DNA of 64,000 nucleotides from Octopus vulgaris (Eukaryota): the NCBI GenBank assembly GCA_951406725.2, contig OX597832.1, positions 66,588,001 to 66,652,000 of the forward strand, given 5' to 3'. A model generated the notes under the pieces. It ran no database searches, was not told the origin of the DNA, and worked only from the letters and a program-made list of their open reading frames with translations. Position 1 is the first letter of the stretch, and every line of letters starts with the position of its first letter. Shown piece by piece: positions 1 to 14,074 of this stretch. The position numbers and the translations under genes are program-made.

Positions 1-915
1 GGTGGAAAGAAGGGACTATGAGGATGTGCGGAACAGCTTTTATTAAACAAAGCTGTAATGTCTGAAGTAAGAAAACAACGTAGAAACTGTGTGACAGTAT
101 GGTTTCACTATAAGACGGCATTCAACTATCACTCATTCATGGCTGCTGAAGGGCCTACATCTGGCAAAGGAACCTACTACCTTAATTGCTGGTAACAGAG
201 TCTCACAAAGTCTTAACGTTACAACTGAGAACAGAATAATTGTTTCTGATCGCAGCGGCATTTAAAGGGAATATTCCAGGGAGATAGTGTTTCTCTACAT
301 CTTTTCATTTTGGCACTGACTCCATTATCGTTCCTACTGCAGAAAACAAATGGTAGGATCTTCAACTGCTGGAAATATGAATTTAACTAATGCCAAAAAA
401 CAACTGGAATTAATAACATTTTCAGCTGATATAGGCATAGAATTTGGCCGAAAGAAATGTTCATTTTTGGTTATAGAACGAGAAAAATCAGTCTCCCAAC
501 CCCAAAATCTGTGCATCAACGGTCTCTCTATCCCCCCATTCCACACAATGAATGTTGCAAGTACCTAGGCATAGACGTAACTGTATCATATGAAGTACTG
601 TGAATAAAGGTAGAGTGACCCGAGAATATTGCAGCAGACTTAGGAAAATATGGCAGTCGGAACTCTCCTTCTGCAGCAAAACAATATCCCACAATGCATT
701 TGCTGTATCAGTGTTGATCTCAACATTTAAGATTATTGATTGGTCTGTAGAGAAATTCCACTCCATAGATCTCAAAATCCGCAAACTCCTGAAAACAACT
801 GGGAACTTCTACGGAAACAGTAATGTCGACAGACTCTACTCAAGAATAAAGGTGGTAGAGGCTCTACTCAAGAATGAAGGTGGTAGAGGACTGAGATCAG
901 TGCAGACGTCATGAA
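1..915 (+). mobile_element. Degraded R4/Dong-clade non-LTR retrotransposon RT fragment (runs off the window start)
   Basis: Frameshifted RT motifs GC.EQLLLNKAVM, GIFQGDS, FSADIGIEFG..KC, KYLG, D.KIRKLL and VDRLY...GGRGL (ORFs 350..568, 600..914). Confidence 0.85.
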
Positions 916-1263
916 ATAGAATTATAAAATCTCTCTGTTATAGAATACATTCATAAGCACAAAAACTGGGATTTTCGGAAAGAGAAATCGAGCGGCTAAT
1001 TCGTACGTTACAAGTCCAATCTGTGATAGGAACAGTAAAAATTTCGAATGCATCCATTGAGACATATGTCGATGATATGAAGATATAACTGATTTAATAA
1101 CATCTTGAGCGTCGGTATCCATTATCAAGTTTTCCTATGTTCTCCAAAATACGTCGCACTTCTCACCGGAATTAACTCCCACACAAGTCTGATCACTGAT
1201 TTTCTGGGACTCTTATGTGACATCTGGCTATGTTGTAATTACTTTCCAATAAATTTAACAGTC

Positions 1264-1264
1264 A

Positions 1265-1307
<43 letters not shown>

Positions 1308-1322
1308 ATATATATATATCTA

Positions 1323-1358
<36 letters not shown>

Positions 1359-1450
1359 GTTGTGTGTAATCTCTCTCTTTCTCTTTCCCTTTTCTCCCTT
1401 TCTCACTCTCTCCCCCTTTCTCTCTATCTTCTTATCTCTCTCTTCCTATA
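1264..1450. repeat. (TCTA)n/(TA)n microsatellite followed by a CT-rich tract
   Basis: Direct reading. Confidence 0.95.
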
Positions 1451-1917
1451 CATCGTAGGAATCTTTCAAAGCTGGTATTGTAGATTAATATACAATCAAT
1501 GGTTGCTCCTCTCTTGCATTCTTCAATTTTGGAAATTGCCTCTGTTCGTGCGATGGTATTGATTATTAAAAGCGCTTATTTTGAAATGATTCATTTAGGT
1601 TTTACGATTTTCAATGTTAACCAGGGCTAGATGCAAGTATCTTTCCTTTTCCTTTTAATTGGTAACAGTTGAGTTTAGAATTGTTCTTTCATGTTGCCTA
1701 TACTATTCGATTGATTTGTGTTTTACTAAATCAGTATCTTGCTATTCATTATTAAAAATGTACTTGCTGCCTGTGTGCTCGCTCAATTTCACCCCCACAA
1801 CATATACGAAATATCTTTGTTTCGAAGTCATGAAATCTCAAAATCCAAGTTTCATCCCACAAATTCCTCTTGCATTTTCTTAATAATAATGGCAACGCGG
1901 AAGATCATAGGAACAGG

Positions 1918-1938
1918 ATAATAATAATAATAATGATG

Positions 1939-1990
<52 letters not shown>
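1918..1990. repeat. (AAT)n microsatellite
   Basis: Direct reading. Confidence 0.95.
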
Positions 1991-1994
<4 letters not shown>

Positions 1995-2639
1995 GGAACT
2001 TACATATCTACAGCTCATACAAACGTACACTTAAGAAAAACTCGAAACGTAAATATTTCCAATTTTGTATGAACATTTAGCCGTCTCTCATGACTATAAG
2101 AATGTGTAAAATTGCCTTTTAAATTGCCTTTTATTGTAACAACACAATTAAATGCACGATAAAGAATTATGGAAGTAAGCACCTGCTAATATATATACAT
2201 ACAACTGAATTCAGAAATTTATACATATACATATACATATATGTATAAAATATATACATAACATTGAATTCAGAAATTTTTTCAAAAATCATCGACGTAA
2301 ATATCAGATAATATGTGTGTGTGTGAGTATACATATACATATACATATGTATGTGGAAAGAAAGAAAAGAGAAAGGAAAAAAAATGTAAACAGGTTTGAC
2401 CTTTTACTGACCATTAATGTCCTTTGTTTCCACCATCTGCGGAATCTATTTATAGACCCATAGAACATGACCCCTTTAATCAACCATTCCCCCACATAAT
2501 GGCAGTAGTGGTGATGATGGTGGCTGTGACTACACGTAAAACAATGTCATTGATGATGATGATGGTGATGGTGATGTTGATGATGATGATGATGGTGATT
2601 GTGGTGAAGGTGATAGTAATAACAATAATAACTGACAGA

Positions 2640-5600
2640 TCCTTTTTTTCTTTTCTTTCTCCGTATTTTATTCTCATTATTTCGAACTAATACAGGCAGA
2701 GTGAGCCCTTTATAAGTTTAAAAGAGGAAGGAAAAGGGGGGAAAAAGGAGATAGAGAGAAAGAGAGAAGAAAAAAGGAAGCGAAGGGAAAAACAATGTTC
2801 GGAGATAAAACTATCAACAAAAAAAATACAGACGAATACAGATCTGCTAGCCTTAAGAAGCTGCACTACGAGCAATGCTTACGTGTAGAGAACCCTAAAC
2901 TGACAGATCCATCTTCTAATATAAGAATGGAAGCTCGTCATGCTTCAATGTCAACAAACCAAACAATAAACCGCATTGGTCGTCGCGTGGATTACAAAAG
3001 ACCACGTACCCGAAAATTGAACCAACTTCTGATTGAAAAATCAGCTACTGGATCAAATCTTCCTAACACACAGGAGCTGGACGTACCCCACAACCGGAAT
3101 ATTCCAACAGATGGACATCCATGCTCGTCACCAAATAATCAAAAGAAAAAGAAGGAAAAATGGTCTAGGGAAGATAATAAAGAAGTGCTTGAAGCCTTCT
3201 ACCATGCCATGTGTACAAACATACTTAAACTGGAGACAGAAACACCCTGAAGTAAGAAACATTATAAAAAAAATTATTGACTGAAGTAGTGATTGATAAA
3301 GCAATATCGGATAAAATGAACGAAGCTGCCGCTAGAGAAGATGATACAGAGGAAAAATTTATAGACCAGCCCAGGGCTGATAAAAACGAAGTAAGGATTG
3401 AAAGAGTTAGTATAAGTGATAGGCAAAGTGAAATACTCCCTGAATCAATCATAAACACTAAGACAGATGAACATCAAATAGATAAAGAAAATCACACATA
3501 TATTGACCCGAGAGAACTACATGAGATAAAAAATCAAATCATGATTGAATGGCTGATAACTAAAGAAACTAGGATGGATGAACGTGATACACTCCCTAAA
3601 ATCCGCAACTCTAACCAAAACATTAAAATAATTGGTAAAATCCGACTTGCACTTAAGGATATAATTTCAGCTAATGATGTTGATATCACAAATCTCAACC
3701 ATCTATACTATGCATCCGCGAAAATCTCAACGATCCTATGTGGTGTGAATATTAGAAAACGACAACATTCCCACAAAAAGCCTTCTTTTTAAATTAAACT
3801 ATTTAGATCTGACATTGAATATTTGAAAAAACTTAAGGTTAACAAGGTTCAAAAATTGCTGAAAAAATACAATATGAAAACTATACTTGATATTGATGCC
3901 ACCATAGAAACAATCAAATAAATGGTATCTGCCAAAGCTGCCCGCATAGCGAGGTATGAAAAGCGTGTTAGATTTTTCGAGGACAACAACATGTTCAAAA
4001 ATAACCCCAAGAATTTTTACAGGAAGATAGGAAAAACAGCGTTTACTGCAAGGTCTGTACCATCAAAAGAAGAAGTGCAGGGATTTTGGAATAAAATTTT
4101 GGCAGAAGAAAAAACACACAACGAAAAGGCCCCCTGGATTGACAGAATATCTACAGAACTGAACCCCTTAGAAGAGCAAAAGTGGGAGGATGTCAAGGTA
4201 GAAGATCTGCTCTCAGGAAATCAAGCAAATGGAAGTCTTCAAGAAAGGATAAAATTCCTTACTTCTGGCTGAATGCCTTCCCAGAGAGCCATGAACTGCT
4301 AACAGAACTGTAGAATGATGTTTAGCAACACCCTAGTAGGATGCCTCCTTGGCTAGTTAAGGGGTTAACGTTCCTGCTTCCAAAAAGTGAAGAAACAAAT
4401 GAACCAAAAAACTATAGACCCATAACCTGCTTAACAACTATGTACAAAACGCTAACATCTGTCCAGACGGAATATACTTATAGTTTTTTAACAGACAGCA
4501 GCATATTCCCTAATGAACAGAAAGGATGTAAACGTGGATCCTACGGCTGTAATGATCAACTACTCATCAATAAGATGATCTTAGAAGATTGTCACAAACG
4601 ACACAAAAATTTATCAATAGCCTGGAAAGACTATATAAAGACTTTTGAAAGCCTACCACATAGCTGGATTAGGAAATGCCTGGAAATGTATAAGATAGCA
4701 CCTACTCTGCGAAACCTTTTGACTGTAGGTATGAGATCATGGAGAACCACACTAACTCTGAACAGTGACAATGAATCCCTAAATGCTGGTGATGTAAAAA
4801 TTTCGTGTGGCATTTTCCAGCGTGACTCACAGTCATCACTTCTCTTTTGTTTAGCCTTAATACCTCTCTCAAAACCGCTCAGTGACGCGCAGTACGGGTA
4901 TAAAATGTTTGATAAAAATATAAATCATCTCATTTACATGGATAATTTAAACCTTTTTGCAAAAAATGACCAACAACTCAAGGGCTTACTAGCGATAGTC
5001 AAACAATTCAGTGACGACATCAGAATGCAATTCGGCCTCGATAAATGTGCAAAAGCTACCTTTATCAAAGGAAAAATGACAGAAACATCTAATGTTAACC
5101 TTGACAAGCAGAATGTCATAAAATAACTAGACCCAGCGGAGAGCTACAAGTACCTAGGGGTAAATGAAGGGAACGGAATAAGGCATTCAGAGATGAAGGA
5201 AAGGATCAGGAGAGAATGCTATCGAAGAATGAGAGCAATACTCAAGACAGGGCTGAATGCAAGAAACAGGATCGAACCGATCAATGCATTAGCCATACCA
5301 GTCGTGACTTACAGTTTCAATATTGTTAACTGGTCAATTACTGAAATATATCAGCTCGACATAAAAATAAGGAAACTGTTGACAATGCATAGAATGCACC
5401 ACCCTAAGGCAGATACAGAATGACTCTATCTGCCAAGAAACGAGGAAGGCCGTGGTCTTTTGCAACTGGCAATAACAATGAAGATTGCTATAATTGGCCT
5501 AGACACCTACCTGAAAAACTCTGAGGACTGGATGTTAAAACTTGTCTCAAAACATGAAAACAAGAAAGCATCATACTCAGTCAAAAAACAGGCAAAGGAA

Positions 5601-6690
5601 TATCTAAGTGAATTCCGAATACAACAAACTTCGGAATTAGAGATAGAAATACAAGAAACAAGCACAGAAAAAGCTAGGCGCATGAAAACCCGTGCCAAAA
5701 CTGCTGCCTTAGATATTCTGAATAATAAATGGCAAGAAAAACCTCTCTATGGCAAATACCCAAAGAGAGCTAATAATGCAGATATTGACAAAGCCCCGAC
5801 CCATCAATGGCTAATGGCCTCTGGCTTAAAATATGAAACAGAAGGGTTTATCGTAGCAGCTCAAGATCAATGCCGACCAACAAGAAACTACCAGGCCAAC
5901 ATATTAAAGAACGGCAGTAGCCCAACATATCGTGTTTGCCGACAACAAAATGAAACCATTGATCATGTTGTCTCCAAATACAGTCTTCTAGCGCCTACAT
6001 ATTATCTCAACAGGCATGATAGAGCTGCACAATATATTCACTGGGTAATTTGCAAAAACCTGGATTTGCCCCATGAAAAAAACTGGTGGGAACACAAACC
6101 ACCTCCAGTGCTTGAAAATGACCACATCTCACTCCTCTGGAACTTCACCATTAAAACTGACAGAAAGATGGATGCAAATAGGCCAGACATCATATTGAAA
6201 GACTTCAGGCAAGAACATGCCTCATCATTGATATGACTGTCAATATCCATATAAACGTATCTGTCAAGACCTACCAAAAACTGAGCGAATATAAAGATCT
6301 TGAAATAGAAATCAGCAAAATGTGGAAGCTGAAGACTAAAACAATACCTGTTGTCATAGGTGCCCTGGGAATGATATCGAAAGGGGCTGATTGCTACCTA
6401 ACTCAGATACCAGGAAACCTCAAAATGACAGAAATTCAAATGATAGTTCTCATGGGAACTGCTCATATCCTACGCAAAATACTCTCTATTTAATTCCAAG
6501 GTTTAAAACAAACTTTTTTTTTAAAATTTATGTATCAGACATTCACTAGTACAACACCAAAAAAACCCCCCAAATATATGGCACACTAGGTATACCAACA
6601 ACCATAACTTCCAACCTGTTGTCTCTTGAGGTCTCTGGGTGAGACTTGGAGCCAACTTGTACAGACATAAAGCAAAAGTCAAACATAAAA
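2640..6690 (+). mobile_element. Near full-length R4/Dong-clade element (family A), single ORF broken by stops and frameshifts
   Basis: N-terminal KWSREDNKEVLEAFY; RT motifs NYRPITCL, EQKGC, GIFQ(R)DS, HLIYMD(N)L, FGLDKC; linker W..KPLYG and AAQDQ; degenerate CCHC (YRVC..ETIDHVVSKY) + RHD; RLE RPDI...K..EY.DL and IPVVIGALG; 3' UTR ending in (AAT)n. The 5' boundary is approximate. Confidence 0.93.
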
Positions 6691-6824
6691 TAATAATAAT
6701 AATAATAATAATATTAATAATAATAGTAATAATAATAACAATGGTAATTAGAATGATAGGAGTATTATTGGTTTTAGTGGTAGTAATGATATAGATAGTA
6801 GAGGCGAAAGCGATAGTTGTAATA

Positions 6825-7842
6825 TCAGGCTGAGTAAATAGTAAGCAACGTTTTACAATATATTTTAACAATACGTAAAATATATACATCAAACAACCTA
6901 CCATTAAACACATTTTTGAAAACGAGTTTGTTTATTCCGGCAACATAAAAATCTGGAGTTATGGAGCTCATGAACGTTTTGAATGCCTTTTAGTATCGGT
7001 TTGATTCTTGAACTCCTCTCGCAGGAAACCATCAAGGTGCTTCAAACAGTGGTAGATGGTAGGAGAAAGATCTAGGGAATAAGCTGTGTGGGGAAGAGCT
7101 TCGTAGCCAAGTTCACTCAAATTCTACAGCGTCATTAGTGAAACGTGTGGTCGAGCATTGTCATGAAGAATGACTGGCCCTCTTCTGCTGGCGAGTCTGG
7201 GACGGAGAAGTAGCAGTTTTTCGTTCATATTGGCAACTTCATGGCAAGTCGAGAAATGGATCGGTCTGGTTACGGAGAAGAAGCGACGAGCAAATTTCAT
7301 ATCTGCGCATTTTCTGATTTTCATTTAAATCGTGTTATAACGATTTGTCGAAGATGTTCTTTTTTGATTTTCCGATGAGATGCAAATGGTTGCAGACAGT
7401 TTTCTGCTAACTTGAAGTTCTTTTACAAGTTCTTGGTTGGTTTTACCTGGATTTTTTAAATCAATGACGGTCTTTTATAGACCGTCATTGATGAAAGATA
7501 GGCGTCCACTACGCTTGACGATCTTCAAGGCTCAGGTATTACTCACTGGTCATTTCCTCACCAAACGTTTCGTTGATTTCGTTAGCAGTTTCAGCTGTTT
7601 TACATCCTTTTTGAAGTTGAATATCAAACTTGCTCGAATATCGATCTTTGTTAGTTCCATTTGAGATGATTCTAAGACGGGGAAAAATATCAATGTTAAC
7701 GTATTGATGCATTTGGACAAATCCATATATGTATTATCAGACAATTGCAAAACACTGCTTAAACTGAAAATTCAGAACTCTGTAGAAGTCCGGTACAAAT
7801 TCTTCATGGTTCAAAATGTTGCTTACTTTTTACTCAAGCGGA
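6825..7842 (-). mobile_element. Internally deleted mariner (DD34D) DNA transposon
   Basis: 25-bp TIRs TCAGGCTGAGTAAATAGTAAGCAAC (6825-6849) and 7818-7842 (21/25 match) flanked by TA; transposase remnants MELTKIDIRASLIFNFKK, ILHDNARPHV and H.AYS.DLSP..YH. Confidence 0.88.
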
Positions 7843-7879
7843 TAATAATAGTCAGATCACTCTTAGTGTTATTGATAAT

Positions 7880-8015
7880 ATATAACCCAGTACAACTTCT
7901 TTCTTGTTGGGTTTGTCGAGGCAAGGAGATCGGATTTTATTGGACATCCTGCAGGACGAAAAACAAAACATGTTAAAGCGCAGATGATATACAGAGTGTG
8001 AAGTCCATCCAAGCG
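7880..8015 (+). mobile_element. Diverged copy of the repeat at 29310-29495 (probable RTE 5' UTR fragment)
   Basis: Shares TTTATTGGACATCCT.CAGGA.GAAAAACAAAAC and CCATCCAA-like ends with the reverse complement of 29310-29495. Confidence 0.45.
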
Positions 8016-8441
8016 TGTGAATGTTTATATCATGCGTGGATAAATAGTGAAGGTAGCGAAGAGCGTATGATAGAAAGCTTAAATAAGGGTATATAGGCTC
8101 CTGAGAAGTCTTGGGTAGCAACCTGTCTGTTCAAGGTAACACGATATAATTACAGGTTGGTGGTCATTTTAAAACACGTACCTGATTTATGACAGAAATA
8201 TTCATATTCTGTAATCACAATGGTGATAGTGTTGCGTCTGGTAGCTGTCCTATGCAACAGCAGCGTAGTTCCAGTCGTGAACAAGCAGAAGCTACTGTTA
8301 AACCTCAACAGAGCAGAAGATTAAAATGAAAGGAAAACAAATTGTGGTTTCAATGATATAAAATGAGTAAACAAGGGAAAAGAAGCTATAAATAAAGGTT
8401 ACTAGAGCTCTGGAAAAGATATCAACGTCATCAGCACTGTC

Positions 8442-8497
8442 ATTATTATGATTATTATTATTATTATTATTATAATTATTATTATTATTATTATTAA

Positions 8498-8569
<72 letters not shown>

Positions 8570-8575
8570 CGTTAT

Positions 8576-8612
<37 letters not shown>

Positions 8613-8652
8613 GTAATAATAATAATAATAATAATAATTATTATTATAATTC
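8442..8652. repeat. (ATT)n switching to (AAT)n microsatellite
   Basis: Direct reading. Confidence 0.95.
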
Positions 8653-8838
8653 TGTAGTTTTGTTTTTATATCTTGCTTTCACTTCACTACCGAGCGCAGC
8701 TCTCTGTGCCTTGGGTATGAGCTGTGGTTTGTTGTGATGCTCTTATGGTTACGGTATTGAAAGTATTTTGCGTAGGATTTGTGCAGTGCCCAGTAGTGCA
8801 ATTTTCTGTATGTGTAAATTTTCTCTATGTTTCTGTAG
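8653..8838 (-). mobile_element. 3'-terminal stub of R4/Dong family B, between ATT tracts
   Basis: Matches the 3' UTR and last codons (QKIALLGTAQILRKIL) of the copies at 14722, 18757 and 54610. Confidence 0.9.
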
Positions 8839-9305
8839 GTTGTTGTTGTTGTTATTATTATCATTATTATTTTTATTATTATTATTATTATTATTAATAT
8901 TAATATTATTATTATTATTAATATTAATATTATTATTGAAAAAAACAAAGGTTTAGCGAAATAAGGCAGACCTTTGGGTTTGATGCCTTATTCTATGCAG
9001 TTTCCTTGACCTACGTTCTGAACAAGTATTCTATTAGACCTTATTTTGTCAGTCCTTTCATCACATTGGATTTCGGAGACAACTTGATCCATTCTAACCA
9101 ACCTTGAGAAATGTTTCACAATTCGTTATTATTAGGAATGATCATTGTTAACGTGGAGAGTTTATAGAAAGTGATACGAAAACAATGAGGCGTATGGATG
9201 ACGTATATATACATACATGCATGCATGTACACACACATATAAGTATGAATACATGTATGTATATATACATATATTTACACACACACAAACACACATACAC
9301 ATATG

Positions 9306-9341
<36 letters not shown>

Positions 9342-9802
9342 CGTATTCTTTATGTATTTTCTGTTGTTTTCCGTAACCATCCATACATATGTACGGCTTG
9401 CGAAATAATGCAATTTCACGACAAATCTTACAATTGCTAATCTTGTTTCCCCCAAAGGGGAACGTTTTTATTTTTGCTGCTTTGTAGAATACGGTTAGAT
9501 TGTGAATAGGAACGTCATTTGGTCAATCCGATAAAAGCATGTAACAATACTCATAAATTTGAATAGATTTCTCTGGAATAACCTATTGCTATTTTACAAT
9601 TATCATTCATCGACATCATTTTTTTCCTTTCTTTATTTTCTATGAACATTTCTCAATACGTTTGTGCGCTTACTTGTTTTGTTCTAATGAAACACTTTTT
9701 GCTTAGTGTAATTCTTTAGGCAACAGAGCTTTTCACGTAAAACCGTATTTACATTAATGAATAACTATGAATGGGAAAACGAAATGAAACAATAAAAAAC
9801 CG

Positions 9803-9945
9803 TGTATATATATATATGTATGTATGTATGCATGTATGCATGATGTATATATATGTGCGTGTGTGTATGCATGTATATATATATATATATATATATATAC
9901 ATGCATACACATGCATAAATATGTATATATACATATTTATATATG

Positions 9946-9983
<38 letters not shown>

Positions 9984-10070
9984 CATATATAAATATGTAT
10001 ATATACCAATACATATAGATATACACTCACAGACGTATATAAATATATGTCTATATGTAGGTATGTATAA

Positions 10071-10112
<42 letters not shown>
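9803..10112. repeat. Compound (TA)n/(TATG)n/(CA)n microsatellite region (also 9205-9340)
   Basis: Direct reading. Confidence 0.9.
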
Positions 10113-10115
<3 letters not shown>

Positions 10116-10779
10116 ACATACGAAGACGCTTTTAAATTAGTGAACCCTTTCACTGCTGCTCGGTCAACGATCAGGTTAAATGTAGTAGACGGATTGCAAA
10201 GAATAGAATAGAAACACATTGTTCGGATTGTTCATTTCTCATTTCTCAGCTTTGCATTTAACGCATTTTACTTCCTGCGGTACTAATATGTATTTCTCTT
10301 CTTTTTTTCCGTACATTAACTTATTCATTCGAGAATAAGCAATTTTCTTCAGAACAATTGTTGAAGAATTGTTCATAAGAAAAGAAAAAAATATCCTTCG
10401 ATGAATTCATTCGCTGCTGACTGAAACAGGAACATTATTTTGCAGTGACTCGGCAAGCGATGACGAAGATAAAAAGGGAATAGTAAAGATATTTGAAAAT
10501 GAATATGTATAATAAAGCGGGAAATGGTGATGACCGAAACACGATTCATAAGGTCAAGGGATTTTGAGAATAAGGAGGAAATATGGGGCAGAATTTATAA
10601 AACTTCAGTATGTTACAAGCACTTGTTTAAAGTAGAAACAACGCTCTAGAGAAGTAGCTTGCATCAGCATTTATTAATATACGATAGATACCAAAGTATT
10701 TTCAACGTAATATATAGAATAAAAATATTTCGAACGTTTCACTGGATTCCGATCTGTGGATGAACATAGGCCCAGTGAA

Positions 10780-11000
10780 ATTGCTCATAGGAATTACTGG
10801 TTGCGGAACACCATTGGCCGCTTCTGCAATGAGATGTTGGCTGGGAATGTCCAGTTGTTGGTGGCTTGTCTGTTACTTGTTTGAAGCATTTGTCCCGGCA
10901 CTGCTTAAATGTTCTGGTGTCTTTTTCTACTTGAATCTCTTTCGACATAACGCTGAATAAAGCAAGCCGGACCATTTCAAGTACCAAACATGTATCGCAA
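10780..11000 (-). mobile_element. Probable C-terminal remnant of a CR1/L2-group LINE ORF2
   Basis: ALFSVMSKEIQVEKDTRTFKQCRDKCFKQVTDKPPTTG resembles the LFN.LP..I......FK..LD.FL..IPD.P terminal motif of CR1/L2 LINEs (pattern recognition only). Confidence 0.5.
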
Positions 11001-11399
11001 CATTCTTGTGTAATGGCAATACGACTTTTGTAGGGGATGAATGACATGTGGTTGGAAACAAAATTTTCTCATGATGTATTTTTTGCCATTCTAAGTATGT
11101 TGAAAAACAACGTACAGGTTTGTTTATTGTCATTATGCACTACAATGCAATGACAAGATGAACGCACAATACTAGAGGTACCAAACCAACCGGCAAACAG
11201 ATAAGGTTAAACATTGCAAAATTTCTTCCAAGCCATCGTATTGTTTCCTTGTTGATGTTGCTGCTTTTTCTTTTCTTGCCGTTGCTCCGAGAAGCTTAAC
11301 AATAAGAGAGATACGTCAATCACTATACTATTTCCATTGTTTTATTGCTGTTGTTGTTGAATCATCATCATCATCATCTCCATTATTATCATTATTGTT

Positions 11400-11665
11400 G
11401 TTCTTGTTGTTTTCGCATTCTCTGCTTGAGGTTCACCCCTCGTAGGGTTTATGTGGTTACCGGTTTACAATCTGTAACGTTGGGTATCCACAAGTTTTCA
11501 GTAGTCTTTCAAGTGCTAAGAATCCTACTGACAATCCTTGCTCTCTCTAACAGGTAAACTTTCTGAAGGAGCTCTACAAGGTGTTCTATTCAATTTTTTC
11601 TCCAGCCATTTGTTTATATCTTTACTTACCGTTTCCAACACCCGAATTATTATAGGTACGGACAT
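11400..11665 (-). mobile_element. 3'-end fragment of another R4/Dong family (D)
   Basis: Minus translation PIIIRVLETVSKDINKWLE...LLQKVYLLERARIVSRILST*, homologous to the family A/B C-terminus; ends in an AAT/AAC tract. Confidence 0.7.
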
Positions 11666-11669
11666 CCTC

Positions 11670-12706
11670 AGCTTTATTTTGCTAGGTATGAGGGTAAAGT
11701 ATCAGCTGCTCACAGCCAGTAGACTAATGTGACGGGAGTTTACTGATCATGCTTCAAGAACACTGTAGTTCAAATTGGTGTTGGTTTTTGTAGGTTACTT
11801 ATCATTACATTCGCTCCTGTCCTTTCCATCCATGTTGAAAGTTGTGTAATGATATTTCCAAGTGTGCAATTACAATTGGTTTCTCGTATAATTCCTTCGC
11901 TGCCCACAACGTGAGTATTTCCCACTTTAATTCATCATAGTTGTTGACTTCTGATTTCTCTGCAATCCTGCGTTCGCCGGGACATGCTGTGTCAATTATT
12001 AGGCAACGTTTCCTTTTTGTTAACTAAAACAATGTCAGGTCTTTAATTTTTTTAGGTAATGGACACAATGAATCGTTGCATCCCGTAGGATTTTGTAATG
12101 TTTATTTTCAGTAACACCTTGTTGGATTGTGTGATGCCACGTCTTTGATCATTCTATGCCAAAATTCTACAAAGCACCTAAAGGATAATTCTTGCTCCAT
12201 TGTGTATCACCTTTTGCATTCACGTTATGCTAACATCGGGCACTTATTAATAACGTGCCATAGTGTTTCATCCCTCTAGCCACAAATTTTGTATTTTGTA
12301 GAACTCGGGTATTTTATCAAGTCTGCAATGCTTCTTCTTCTGCAGCTCATATAAATTCTTCTGCTTTTTTCTAAAATCACTCTTCTGCATGCATTCGCAC
12401 TGGCCATCTGTATCTGTCTTTGCTCTCGTATCTCTTGTAAACCGACCATACAGTTATTTAATTCTATACCATATCTCTAATTTGCCTCTTTCAATTTCTC
12501 ATTCCAAACATAATTATCAGTTTTCATGATACTGGACTTCTTCAGAGGCATCAGCTACGGTCCTACATAATTTTTTACTTTCCATTCTAAACTGATATCC
12601 TCTCAGTCGAATCAATCCTGGCAAATGATTTCCACTTACGGATCCATCTCAGTCTGTGCAAGTACCCTTGAGTTTTTCTGGATAATCGCAAACGGTTAGT
12701 GGGATT
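11670..12706 (-). mobile_element. Old 5'-truncated R4/Dong element (family C)
   Basis: Minus remnants LYGRF, KIC..ETLWHVINKCPML, RPDIVL, CLIIDTAC, YDELKWEI..LW and PIVI. Confidence 0.8.
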
Positions 12707-12727
12707 TATTATTATTATTATTATTAT

Positions 12728-13990
12728 TCTATGTTTGACTTTTGCTTTATGTCTGTACAAGTTGGATCCAAGTCTCACCCAGAGACCTCAAGAGACAACG
12801 GGTTGGAAGTTCTGTGCCATATATTTGGGGGTTTTTTTGGTGTTGTACTAGTGAATGTCTAATACATAAAAAAAATAATAAATACATTTAAAAAAAAAAT
12901 AAAAAAAATAAAAATAAGAATAAAAAAAAAGTTTGTTTTAAACCTTGGGATTACATAGAGAGTATTTTGCGTAGGATATGAGCAGTTCCCATGAGCACTA
13001 TCTTTTGAATTTCTGCCATTTTGGGGTTTCCTGGTATCTGAGTTAGGTAGCAATCAGCCCCTTTCGCTATCATTCCCAGGGCACCTATGACAACAGGTAT
13101 TGTTTTAGTCTTCAGCTTCCACATTTTGCTGATTTCTATTTCAAGATCTTTATATTTGCTCAGTTTTGGTAGGTCTTGACAGATACGTTTATATCTACTG
13201 GGAAAGTCATATCAATGAGGAGGCATGTTCTTTGTCTGAAGTCTTTCAATATGATGTCTGGCATATTTGCATCTATCTTTCTGTCAGTTTGAATGGTGAA
13301 GTTCCAGAGGAGTAAGATGTGGTCATTTTCAAGCACTGGAGGTGGATTGTGTTCCCACCAGTTTTTTCATGGGGCAAATCCAGGTTTTTGCTAGTTACCA
13401 AGTGAATATATTGTGCAGCTCTATCATGCCTGTTGAGGTACTCTCTAGGCGCTAGAAGACTGCATTTTGAGACAACATGATCAATGGTTTCATTTTGTTG
13501 TCGGCACACACGATATGTTGGGCTACTGCCGTTCTTTAATATGTTGGCCTGGTAGTTTCTTGTTGGTAGGCATTGATCTTGAGCTGCTATGATAAACCCC
13601 TCTGTTTCAGATTTTAAGCCAGAGACCATTAGCCATTGATGTGTCAGGGCTTTGTCGATATCTGCGTTATTCGCTCTCTTTGGGTATTTGTCATAGAGAG
13701 GTTTTTCTTGCCATTTATTATTCAGAATATCTAAGGAAGCAGTTTTGGCACAGGTCTTCATGCGCCTAGCTTTTTCTGTGCTTGTTTCTATCTCTAATTC
13801 CGAAATTGGTTGTATTCGGAATTCACTTAGATATTCCTTTGCCTGTTTTGTGACTGAGTATGATGCTTTCTTGTTTTCATGTTTTGAGACAAGTTTTAAC
13901 ATCCAGTCCTCAGAGTTTTTCAGGTAGGTGTCAAGGCCAATTGTAGCAATCTTCATTGTTATTGCCAGTTGCAAAAGACCATTCTGTATC
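12728..13990 (-). mobile_element. 5'-truncated family A R4/Dong copy, inverted relative to 2640-6690
   Basis: ORF 13273..13974 nearly identical to 5460..6236; same 3' UTR; (TAA)n on both flanks. Confidence 0.95.
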
Positions 13991-14001
13991 TTATTATTAT
14001 C

Positions 14002-14073
<72 letters not shown>
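13991..14073. repeat. (TTA)n microsatellite
   Basis: Direct reading. Confidence 0.95.

Positions 14074-14074
<1 letters not shown>

Noticed and set aside
2795-6493. Active retrotransposon ORF
   Set aside because: Multiple stops and frameshifts, YMDD changed to YMDN, and a damaged CCHC
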